From the human T2T-CHM13v2.0 reference genome, Homo sapiens: 64,000 nucleotides of DNA. Position numbers and translations under genes: made by a program. The notes under the pieces are model-generated. The model was not told where the DNA came from. It made no database searches and saw nothing but the letters and a program-made list of their open reading frames with translations. Positions 13,956 through 25,800 of this stretch are shown here, piece after piece. Positions within the stretch are counted from its first letter, which is position 1. Each line of letters opens with the position of its first letter. The stretch covers positions 43,072,001 to 43,136,000 of the forward strand of contig CP068257.2 in NCBI GenBank assembly GCA_009914755.4. The letters are read 5' to 3'.

Positions 13956-14283
13956 AAAAAAAAGCAGCCAGGTGCAGTGGCTCACACCTGTAATCCCAGC
14001 ACTTTAGGGGGCCAACACAGGTGGACTGCTTGAGCCCAGGAGTTTGAGACCAGCCTGGGCAACATGGCAAAACCCTGTCTCTACAAAAAATACAAAAATT
14101 AGCCAGGCGTGCTGTTGCACACCTGTGGTCCCCGCTACTCCGGAGGCTGAGGCGGGAGGATTGGTGATTGATTGCTTGAGCCCGGGAAGCAGAGGCTGCA
14201 GGGAGCCATGACTGTGCCACTGCACTCCAGCCTGGGCAACAGAGTGAGACCCTATCTCAAAACAACAATAACAAACAATAATC
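13956..14283 (+). mobile_element. Alu SINE inserted in L1
   Basis: agccaggtgcagtggctcacacctgtaatccc...ctcaaaacaacaataacaaacaataat. Confidence 0.95.
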
Positions 14284-15048
14284 ATCTGATTAAAAATGGG
14301 TAAAAGATGTGAACAGACTTTTCTCAAAAGAAGACATACAAAGGCCAACAGGTGTTTTAAAATATGCTCAACATCACTAATCAGCAGAGAAATGCAAATC
14401 AAACCACAGTGCATTACCATCTCAGCCCAGTGAAAATGGCTTGTATCAGAAAGACAGGCAATAACAGACGCTGGTGAGGGTGTAGAACACTGTGGGTGGG
14501 AAGGTAGCACAGTACAGCCCCTATGAGAAACAGTACGAAAAGCACAACTACCATGTAATCCAGCAATTCCACTACTGGTATTTATCCAAAAGAAAGGAAA
14601 TTAGTATGTCAGAGATCTCTGCACTCCTGTGTTTATTGCAGCACCGTTCACAATAGCCAAGATACGGAATCAACCTAAGGGCTTATCAGTGGATGAATGG
14701 ATAAAGAAAATGTGGTAAATATACACAATGGAATATTATTCAGCTATCGAAAAGAATGAAATCCTGTCATTTTCAGCAACATAGATGGAACTGGGGGTCA
14801 TTATGTTAAGCGCAATAAGCCAGGCACAGAAAGACCAACATCTCACGCTGTCACTCGTGTGGAAGCTAAACCAGAGGCTCCCGTGGAGGCAGAGAGTGGA
14901 ATGGCGGTTCCCAGAGGAAGGAGGCGGAGGGGCGATAAAGGAGGGAAATCTAAACGTGTTTCTCGTCACTGAGCTGTACGCTTTAAAATGGTGCAGATGG
15001 TACATTTTATATGTATGTTATTCCTCAATTTAAAAATTAATTTTAAAA
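14284..15048 (+). mobile_element. L1 (older L1M/L1P-type) 3' end, part B
   Basis: gtgaacagacttttctcaaaagaagacatacaaaggccaacag...agagaaatgcaaatcaaaccacagtg...ctggtgagggtgtagaa...gatggtacattttatatgtatgttattcctcaatttaaaaa. L1 ORF2 C-terminus and 3'UTR hallmarks. Confidence 0.85.
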
Positions 15049-15949
15049 GCGAGGTTAATGTTGCAAATGTTGTCACTGAGGCACCCACGTGTTTACCTTA
15101 AATTGCGTTTTGTGGCACTCAGGGACAGGCAGGCTATTTAAAAAGTGTGCATTTTTTCAGCTTCACTAGAAATAGAATTTGTGGCAGTTTGTGGACTTTG
15201 TCACGAATCAAGCTTTCCTTTGGGAAGATCTTTCCTGTGTGGGCTTGGGTGAGTGCCTTTGCCTGCTGGAGGGAGGGGGAGCCTGCCTCAGTGGTGGTGG
15301 GGGCTGTGGGGATGGAGTCTTTATCCCATAAGGAGCTCTCAGTGTGCCCAGGCATCTCATAGGGATTGTACCCACCATCCCCATGGTGGGCTGATTCCGG
15401 GTCTCACCAACAGCCCTCATGACCCACCTGCTGGGCACCATGAGCCCGCCCCAGCTGCCCTGCAGATCACAGATGCCGGAAAGGCTCCCGGTGCCTGCTC
15501 CTGCTCCTGCAGCTGAGCAGCCAGCCACACCCGCTCCTCCTCCCCAGGTCCACAGCCGCCAAGTTCTGAGTCTTCCCCACCCCAAGCCTGTCCCTTTCTC
15601 CACCAAGGGCCAGCACAGCCATCTGGGTTGTCCACACCAACTCCCCTCCACAGTCCTCATTCCTGAAGGCACCCCTCCCTACTCAGCCCTGCCGCCTCTT
15701 CCTCTAAGGGACCCCTCCTGGACAGGGTTCTCAAAGTCCAGTGCACACAAAACCCTGGGGGTTCCAGCTTGTGAGGTCAGCATGGGCTGGGAGTGCCCTG
15801 ACCCCACTTTGAGAAACACCACAGCTCCATCCCCAGCAGAGGTGCTGGTCCCCCCAGGGTCCTTCTCCATCTTGGAGGGACATGTGCCCCTCACTTGCTC
15901 CTACTCAGGATCTAGGCCTCCTTGCTGCACCCAGCACAGCTGCCCTGAA

Positions 15950-16045
15950 CTCCCCCTCCCCTCCGCCGCAGCCTCCCCTCCGCCGCAGCCTCCCCTCTGC
16001 CACAGCCTCCCCTCCGCCACAGCCTCCCCTCCGCTGCAGCCTCTC
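15950..16045. repeat. 18-bp tandem repeat x5 (gcctcccctccgccgcag)
   Basis: Read directly. Confidence 0.7.
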
Positions 16046-16817
16046 TGGCCTCCTGTGAACTGCTTGGCTGTTCCTAAGCCTTGGTCCCTGGAAAATCCCA
16101 GTTCCAGCTCAGCGCCCACATCCAGGTGATGCTCAAATGGGCCCAGCCTCAACTCTCAGCCCACAGAGCTCAGAGGACGGCTGAGGCCTCTGGTCAGAAG
16201 ACCCCAGGCTTCCCCGAAGGAAGGGACACCTCACGAGGACAGCCTGTCACCACAGTCCTAATGGACTTCCAGGGACCACAGTGCCAGCGCTTTCCATCAG
16301 AATGGCTGACAGTATTAGAGATCATACATCATTCATTTGCCTCACGAACCCCGAGGGAGTGCTTGCTCCAGAGAGACCCCTGGGCTCCCAGGGCCTGGCA
16401 CTGGTGACAGTGGCATGGGAGGGGCACATGAGCCGGGTGGCACAGCAAGGCAGCACCGTGACCCTAGGGGTGCTGTGGGCGGAGAAGATGGGGGCAGTCC
16501 TGGGCTGCTGAGCTTCTCTGAGGGGTCATCGTCCTTCAGGCAAGTGGCAGGAAGTGGCCCACAGGCTTCCAAGCTGCGGGAGCAGAGTGAACAAGCAGCA
16601 GGAAGAGCTGAGAGTCCTGGGAACAGTGGAGCCTGCATGGAGGGGACAGGAAAGGGGATGGAGTCCGGGGCAGCAGTGAGAGACCCAGAGGACGAGAGAC
16701 CTGGAGACACCTGCAGCCCTGGGAGACGCCCTGGCAGCCAGGGCTCAGGAAAAACCATCCTCAGAGAAGACACACGAGGTCATTATTCAGAACAAGAGTA
16801 GGTAGATAAAAGCATAT

Positions 16818-17106
<289 letters not shown>

Positions 17107-18530
17107 TTAGTGCTATTCTCAGCATCAGAAGTCAAAATGGCAACTCATTAAGCATCACCACCAGCGATGTTTGTGGTGGGAGAGTGGAGACCATAGACCC
17201 CCAGCATTGATAATGTTGGTCCAAGTAAAATGCAAGAACTTCAAATGCAAGGGTCAAAGTGTCCCTTGAATAACCGCATTTTTCTCGGGTAGAATTCCAA
17301 ATTACAGCGAGTTCATAGCACTGGTCCTGCCCCGCCACGATGACCCACTTGGTGTTGATGGACGAGAACGCGCTTGTGTCTTACTCGTGCAGTTTGCTAA
17401 ACTAACAACCAAAAGGCCATCGCGCCCTTACAGTTTTATTCCCCGCTGACAGATTTGAGGGGAGCTGTCAGGTGGGAGGCTTCTGAGAGCATTCTAGCCT
17501 ATTACACCCAGCAAATAGATTACATCACTTAGACATACGTTTGCTTTTAAAAATAACTTTATTTTTCCTACGACACAAGTAATAATAGGTTCCTTGTTGA
17601 AACCTCATCACATATGGATGACAAAAAGTAGGAATGAAAACTGATCACAATTTCACTGTCAGAGATAGACACTGAGCATCTCGGCACCATGCAGCAAGAA
17701 TGTATGTAGATACCCATGGTAGATAAAAAATATATGATATATGGGCATAAAACATGGACTGTCCCGTCGTCTTCTGTGAGCCGCCAGCACAGCTGATGAT
17801 GTGGGTGGCACAGGCATTGAGTCACCACTGGGAGTGGCCGTCATCCCTCTCCTGAAGAGACGGGGGATAGGGGGCCTGTGGGGCACCTGGGGATCGTCCC
17901 CTCCTCCACATGGCCTGTGCAGCTGGTCAGAGTGAGCTCACCAGGAGCACCGGCTGCTCCCAGCCCTGGGCCCCCTTGAGTTCTCCACCAGCACCCCGCC
18001 CCTGCGAATATGCACAGATCAAGGGGACAGGGCCCCGCTGGGCCACAGGCTCAGGACAGGTGACCATCCAAGAGGGCCGGGAAGTGGCGGGTGCTGCACA
18101 CTGGCCTGCTGGCCCAGTATCACCCGATCTCGTGTCTGCCTCTTGAGCGCTGATGGTGTGCGTCTGTGCCCCTCACAAAACAGCACTGCGGTAAGTCCAA
18201 GACACAAGCGGGCCAAAGACTCAAGGCAGTGCAGAAGGCGGCACGTGTTCCAGGGGAACACGGCACCCCTGACCATAGCAAGAGGCACAGGAAAGCGGCC
18301 TGCAGCAGGGAGGGGGCGGAGAGCCTGGTGTCTTCTGCATCCTAGGGAGCCAGGCTGTCTGTGCCCCAGTGGCTTCTCCATAACTTCTGGGTTCTGTGGA
18401 TGTCCCCTGCAGCCGGGACTCCTGACCGAGGCAGCTCCGTCAGGGTCCAACTGATTCCCCGCACATTGGGCAAGAGGTGGTTCCTAATCACACATCAGCT
18501 TCTTGATGACCGTTAGTGGATTTTGGCTGC

Positions 18531-20582
18531 TGTAAGAAAATACCACTGACTGGGTGTTTCAACAACAAGCTGTGTTCCTCACAGTCTAGGGGCTGGAAGT
18601 TGGAGGCCAAGGTGGCAGCAGGGTCGGGTTCTGGCAAGGACACTCTTCCTGGTTTGCTCGCGGCTGTCTTCTTCTTGCACCCTCATGTGGCAGACAGAGC
18701 AAAAGTGACAGCATGCTCTCTGGGGTCTCCTTCATAAGAGGACCCCATCATGAGGGCCACAACCTAATCACCTCCCAAACGCCCTGCCTCCTAGCGCCAC
18801 CACACCAGGGTTAGAATTTCTATATAGGAACTCTGGGGAGATGCAATCGGCCCATAACATTCTGTTCCTGACTCCGAAATTGTACGTCCTTCTCATGTGC
18901 AAAACACATTCATTTCACCCCTCCAACCCCAAAGTGGTGGCTCGTTCTGCCATCAGCTCTAAAGTCTAAAGTCCAAAGTCTCATCTAAACATCATCTAAA
19001 TCAGATACGGGTGACACTCAAAGTTTACTTCCTCCCTAGCTGTGAACCTGTAAAATGGAACAAGTTACATGCGTTTAAAATACAATGGTGGGAGAGCCAT
19101 ATGACAGACTTTCCCATTCCGAAGGGGGAAATGGGAAGGAAGAAAAGGGTAACAGGTCCCATGGAGCCTGGACCCCAATAGGGCAAACAATGTTAAATCT
19201 TCAGGCTCAAGAATCATCTTCTTTGGCTTGAGCCCCTGCCCTCCAGACCCACTACGGCCATGGTCCTGCCCCTGCAGCTCTGGGGGGCAGGGGTCATGCC
19301 TGCAAGGCTCTGGGCAGCCCTGCCCCCAAGGCTTTGGGCAGGGAGCATCTGGCCTGTTGCTCCCAGGGAGCAGCTGCCCATGTGGCAGCCCTGATGGACT
19401 CTAAATCACCTTCTGGGTCCTTCTTCCCTTGTCTTGAAGAATAGTGCATGTTCACAGCCAAATAGCTCCCTGGTCCTGCTCGGTACAACCCAAGAGGTCA
19501 GACGGCCAAACTCACTTCCTTCCCCTCTCTCCCACCTTTGGTTCAAGCTGAGTGTTCCTGCCGGGACAGCTGGTTGTGACTGTGGTTCACACCCACACAA
19601 ATCCCCTTATCAGATGGTCATCTGGCTATGCCCTTAATGTTCTCTTCCAAACACACATTCTCATTTTTTTACATTATGCATAGGCTGAGGATTTTCCAAA
19701 TCTTTAAGTTCTGGTTTCTTTTTGTTTAACAGCTTGGTCTTGAAATCATTTCTAGCTTCTCACATTTTACCATAAGCAGCCAGGAGGAACTAAGCCGTCC
19801 CTTCAACACTTTGCTTATAAACCCCCTCAGCCAAGTATCGTGTTTCATCACTCACAAGTTCTGCTTTCCACACAACACCAGGACACAAACATAGTTCGGC
19901 CGAGTTCTTTGCTGCTTTTTAACAAGGTGGCCTTTCCTCCAGTTGACACTAGCATGTTCCTGGTTTCCATCTGAGCCTTCCCATCCAGGGTTCTGCTCAC
20001 GATCCCCTAGGCGTCCTCTGAGAAGACAGAGGCTCTCTCTGCAGTGCTTCTCTTCTTGCTGAGCCCGCACCAGAATCACCTTTAAAAAGCTGTTCGTAGC
20101 CATCTAGGCTTTTTCTAGCATGTGGCTCCGAATGATTCCAGCTGCCCCCATTCATCAGTTCCAAGGCCACATCCACATTCACAGGCGTTGGTTGCAGCAG
20201 CTCTCACTCCTCGCACTGATCTTCTGTCCTGGCTTGGGTGCCGCAACGGTGCCTGTAGACTGGATGGTGTTCAGAAAACAGGCATTTATTTCCTCACAGT
20301 GCTGGGGGCTGGGAATTGGAGACCAGGGTGCCAGCACAGTTGGAGTCTGTTAAAAGCTCTCCCAGGTTGCAGACAGCTGTCTTTTCACTGTGTCCTCACA
20401 CAGTGGAAGGGGCAAGGCAGCTCTCTGGGGCCTCTTTTATATGGACACGAATCCCATTCACAAGGGCTCCACTCTTATGACCTCATCAGCCCCCAAAGGA
20501 CCCATCTCCTAATACCCTCACCTTGGGGGTTATGGTTTCAACAGATATATTTAGGGGAGACACAAACATTCAGTCCACGACA
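18531..20582 (+). mobile_element. Full-length MaLR element, MLT1-like: 329-bp LTR (18531-18859), internal region, 329-bp LTR (20254-20582)
   Basis: Both ends begin TGTA..., carry the MaLR LTR motif cctcacagt.t.ggggctgg.a.ttggag.cca.ggtg.cagc, and end ...cccataaca / ...ccacgaca. The interior has the MaLR-internal motif ccaaagtctcatctaaacatcatctaaatcagata. Confidence 0.6.
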
Positions 20583-21725
20583 ATGACCACAAAACCCAGA
20601 TTTTAATTCAGTGAAATCCAAACAACATGGCAAGACTCCTCACATCAAGATGCTCAGGTTTTATGTCACATGGAAAGCTAGTCACAGCCCCATCCAACAC
20701 AAGTCCTATCTGCAAAATGCTGACAACCTGGTGGCAAGAGGACGGTGAGGGAAGGAGAGGGACAGGCAGGGAGGAAAGGCAGGCTCCACAGAGGAGATGC
20801 AGGTGAGGGGAAATGGAGCACTGGGAATGGCTGGGCGTGAGACTCGGAGCCAAATACACAGCAGTAGAGGGACTTCTGCCCCTGCAACAGTGAGGAGGCA
20901 CCTGCGGCCTGGCACCTGCGGCCTGGGCATGGGAGCTCAGGAAGCAGCAGCAGGCTTGGGAGATGCCTGGAGCTGAAGGAGCACAGCCGCGGCCGGGGCC
21001 CAGACCGGGCACGTCCTGCAGGGCTCAGCTTCCCCCAGCACAGCTCAGTTTTAGGAATAGGATAAAGTGGCATTAAAAGACAGAAGCAAGATGGGGGTAA
21101 ATGAAAACAAACTGTGTTTACCACACTTCTGACACCAAATGTGTGGGTTTCCATACCAATTCTCCAATTCTGCGTCAGTGCCAATGGGGTATCCCGCAAT
21201 CTAATTCAGTTCTGACACCAACTGACCAGGGTCAGCACAGACCCCTCAGGCTGAGGGATGGGCCCAGGAAACTGTCCCCACTCCAAGTGCCAATCACAGG
21301 TCCCGGGGTGTCATCTGTCCCCAGTACCTCGGCTATAAATTGGGAGTTCCCATGACCCCCTCCTTAGGTTCAATAATTTGCTATAATAATTCACAAAACT
21401 CAGGGAAACGTCACTTCCGTTTGCTGGGTTACTCTCCTAATAAAGGGTGTGCTGAAGGACACAGATGAGCAGCAGGTGAGGGGTGCACAGGGCAAGGCCC
21501 AGAGGGACCCTGAGTGCAGGAGCTGGCATCCGTGGAGCCCCGGCTGCCCCGCCCTCCCAGCTCAGGATGTGTTCCCAGCCCGGTAGCTCTCTGCATCCTC
21601 TGTGTGGGGGTTTGAAGGAGCCTCCGTGACGCATGACTGGTGAAGTTAGTGACTCCTGGTGACTGACTCAGTCCCCAACCTCTGCACGGAGGTCACAGGT
21701 TCCAGCAAGTCCCAGCCTCGAATCC

Positions 21726-21980
21726 TGCCTTGGTCTTTCTGCCACCAGCACCCCATTCTGATGCTGCCTAGGTCCCCGCCTCCAGTCATCTGCCTTAATC
21801 TTTCTGCCACCAGCGCCCCATTCTGAAGCTGCCTAGGGCCCCGCCTCCTGCCTTGGTCTTTCTAGCCACCAGCACCCCATCCTGAAGCTGGCTAGGGCCC
21901 CACCTCCAGTCATCTGCCTTGGTCTTTCTAGCCACCAGCACCCCATCCTGAAGCTGGTTAGGGCCTCACCTCCAGGCATC
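21726..21980. repeat. Minisatellite, ~66 bp unit x4 (tgccttggtctttctagccaccagcaccccatcctgaagctggctagggccccacctccagtcatc)
   Basis: Read directly. Confidence 0.85.
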
Positions 21981-22789
21981 TCATCAACAAACAGAAAACA
22001 TTCATGTCTCCCAAGAGTCCAGGGGTCTTAGGAGCTAGGACAAAATATTGTAACACGTGATGTTTCTCTCACCCCATCGCTCAGGAAGTTACAAGGGCTT
22101 TAAAAGCTCCATGCCAGGAATCTGTATTTCTGATTATGCCACGGGGCCTTCTAGTACCGGGGCAGAGGCTACATCCAGGCTACTGCACGGCTGTGTTTCT
22201 GGAAGAGCAGATCCATACGGAGTGTGACCTGACTCTTGGGCAGGTTTTCGGCTGTCTCTGATGGCTGTGCCTGCCCTCCCTGCCCCTGGAGCTGGGCCTG
22301 GCAGTGGGTCTTCTGGGTGGGGGCGATTGCTGGCTCTTGGCTCTGACTGCTTGCTTCCTGGGCCTTGGGCCGTGGGCAGCAGAGACGCAGGGCATGGGGT
22401 ACTCCCTCCCCTTGAGCCTTGAGTAACTTCAACCCTCCTTGGACTTGCAACATGCAAAAATAGATCTTGGCTGTTTTGACCCACGGTGATGTGGGCTGCA
22501 CGTTATGTGAGCTGAATGGTGCATCTGGGCCTGTGTCTCGTGACTGACTCAGCTGCTTTGGCTCTTGGCCTCGGAGTGTAGGGTGCCCGGCCTCGGAGCA
22601 TTATCCCCGGGAGGTAAAACCCTTGTGGGGTCAGGACATGTCATCCATGAGAAAGTGCCACGTGGCCTGAAGTCAGCATCCCCACACATGCTGTGGCTCT
22701 CTGTCCTCTCTGAATGTCACTGCTCGAGATAGGGCCCGGCTTGGGTGGGGCTGCAGGCGGGGTTAAACTGCCCCTGGGTGAGAGGGAAG

Positions 22790-22880
22790 AGCAAATCCCT
22801 TCACTTCGCTGGGCTTCCATTTCCTGACCCATAAAATGGGAACCCTGCTGGTGGCCATTGCCCTGCCTCCCCGAGTTCCT
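22790..22880 (+). mobile_element. MIR-like SINE core fragment
   Basis: gggcttccatttcctgacccataaaatgggaaccctgctggtggccattgcc resembles the MIR core (cctcagtttcctcatctgtaaaatgggg). Confidence 0.4.
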
Positions 22881-25800
22881 ACAAAGCAGGTGGCCTGGGT
22901 CTGGGCTCAGCCCCCTCCACTGGGCCAGGAGATAATGCCATTAGTGTAACCACAGCAGTGGCCACTCCCAAATGCCACTCGGCCCCTGGAAACTCAGCCT
23001 TCCATCCAAAAGGTCCCCGAAGTGGGGAGCGGCCCCTCAGTCATTCCACACAGCAGGCCCCACCCACCCCCCCGTGCCGGGGATACACGTGCTCAGGGCA
23101 CACTCCATATGGATCTGTCGTCTGCCTCGATGACTTTTCACCCACACATGGGATTCAGGGCATGATACGGGTCTTTAGGACATAACTGTTTAATTCCTGA
23201 GCTTCCCAAAACTCGGAGGTTTGGGAGAAATGGGGCTGGAGCTAGAGCAATAGCCATGTGCCCTGTGGACTCTGGCCAGCTCTTGCTGCCATCCCGCCTG
23301 CCCCGGCCCCGTCCTCTTCCAATTCCCGTTTACAGCCCTGCCCTCCGTGCCTGTCCCAGGCACCTCTGGCCTCCTCGCTGTGGCCCATGCCAGGTCATTC
23401 CCTACTGTCAGAGCCTCCCTCTCCCAACCCCAGGCCCCGGCTGCAGGGAGGGTGCCAACAGGAGGGGGCAGGACAGGAGAGGCCCCATCCCCGGAAATGA
23501 GACCAGAGCCGCTCTGGGAATGGCCAGGGCTGCCCGGCGGCAAGTCACGAGCAGGGCGTCACTGTCCCAGCGCGGCTTCCCAGCCTCCTGCAGGGGCCAG
23601 GGTTGGGGTGCATTCTCTGTCTTCTCAGTGAGGACGCGCAAATGTTCCAGGATGGAAGATAAATGTTCAGGAAAACGAGGACCCAGAAATTCTTCATGGG
23701 CTGCATGAGCCCTGAGGCCCGACTGGCAGGCCACTGAGGTCACCTGAAAAACTGGTGACAACGGGCGGGCTCAGCGGCTACCCGGGGACAATCACGGCAG
23801 GCGGAAGAGCGGCACTGGCGTGGAGCTCCCAGGCTCTGTGAGGCTCCAGGCAGCGCCCTCTCCAGCCCTGGCAGCCAGGCTGGGGTCCCCAGCTCCCAGT
23901 GTTTACCCAGCAGGCCCTGCCTTCTGACAAATTAACTCTGAAAGGCTTAAAAAGTGTGCCGTGTGCTTTGGCTCTGACCTAAGATAGACGACACAGCAGA
24001 ACACACAGAGGGTGTCCCACTTGAGGAGCCTCCACACAGGCAGCGAGGTAATCCAAAGCTCTGAATTCCAGGTCAGGCCCACGCACCACGAGGAGAGAGG
24101 AAGCAGATGGTCCTCCTTGCAGGGATGTGTCACGTCCTCCCACAATACACAGGGTCTCCATCCCCCAACGGGGTCACGGGTGCTCCCTGCAGGGTGCAAG
24201 ACAGTGTCCTTCCTTGTGGTCTAGGCTGGAGAAAGGTAGACTTCAGGGGAGAAGAGCTGGTTCCTCTCAAGGTGGCGGCCAGCTGAGATGTCAGGAGTGC
24301 CAGTGTCCTGGGGCTGCTGTGACAACAGCCACAAACCAGGCAGCTTAAAGCAACAGAAAAGTCTTGTCTCAGGCCTGGAGCCAGAGGTCTCAGATCAAAG
24401 TGTCACTGGGCCGCACTGTCTCTGGAGGCTCCAGGGGAGGATCCTTCCTGCCTCCTCCAGCTCCTGGCAGCTGTGGTGTTTCCCGGCCTGTGGCCGCATC
24501 ACTGCAACCTCTGTCTCCCTTGTCATGCGGCCACCTGCTGAGTCTCTGTCTCCACACGACCTTCACATAAGGACATATGCCTCTTGGGTTAGGGCCACCC
24601 CAATGACCTCACCTGCACTTGATTATACCTGCAAAGACCCTTTTTCCAAATAAGGGCATATTCACAGGAAAAAGACTTCAGCATCTTTTTTGGGGTGGCC
24701 ATGCAGAATCATGGGTGTTTCTGTGGGCCACTGCAGAGGGCCTGAAGTCCAGCCTGTCAGTGGTGAGCTAGGGAAACTGAGGCAGAGAGATCCAGAGGAT
24801 TCTTTGAGGCACAGCAAGCTGGAGAGGAGCTGGGCCTGCTCCTGGCCGGATCCTCTGGGGCTCTCCAGAAGCCTCGCCTTGAGGCCGTCACAAAATCCCT
24901 GTCCTGTTGCCACATCCCTGGGTACCCCAGGCCCACCTGACTTCCCACTCTGTCCTAGCCAGCAGCAGCAGGGCCGTTGCAGGCTCCACATGCTTCCAGG
25001 GCACCAGCCCTCCCCGAGTGACACCCCCTTCTCATCATCTGCCAGTTCACCCACACAAGAGTACACAGGAGGAGTGGGCATCTTTTTCAGGGTCCCTCTG
25101 GCAAAGCTGCACAAGGTTCACTGAGATGATCATTTACAGTAGGCTGCATGTCCAGAGGCCAAGGAAATAGCCTGGTGGGAACAAGTTAGCAAACACGGTG
25201 AGGACACCACAGTCCAGCTGAACTCACAGAGCACGGGCACCAGGCCAACATAGTGAGTGACGCAGCTGCCCTGACTGGGCTGGGCATCCATGGGAGGGGC
25301 AGACACTGGTGCTTAGCAAGGACCTGCAGGGCCCTGTACCCTGAGATAAATCACAGCTCCCTCCTGAGAGCCCTTCTGGGTGTCCCCCATCTGCTGTGGG
25401 GCCACAGAGGCCATGTCATGGTGGATCATGGAAACAAACGTCCCACAGAGGGGAAAGCAGAGAGAGATGGGGCAGCTGGGATGCAGCAAGCAACAGGCCA
25501 AGCCTCTCTGAGAAGGGACTTGATGCAGAGGCCCTCTGCAGGGGACAAAGTTGAAGTTTCCAGAGAACAGCCAGGGGAGGGGTGGGGTGGAGGGCAGGGG
25601 GAGGGGGAAGGACAGGTGGGGGCTGGGCAGGTGAGCAGGGGAGGGACAGGCGAGTGGGGGCAGGCTTCATGTGTTTTGTGGGCAGGGAAGGGTGTCTGTG
25701 TCTTACTCTGGTGTAACAAGGAGCCAGGGAGGGTTTGAACAGGGTGGGGTGCATGATCTGAGCACCAGGGAGAGGAGACTTGGGGGCAAAGGTGGGAGCA

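Noticed and set aside
13840-15048. Intact L1 ORF2
   Set aside because: Only the 3' about 1 kb is present, it is split by an Alu, and it has frame disruptions. Non-autonomous remnant.
15419-16129. 236-aa proline-rich ORF
   Set aside because: GC-rich sequence containing an 18-bp tandem repeat. No homology recognised. Typical spurious ORF in high-GC human DNA.
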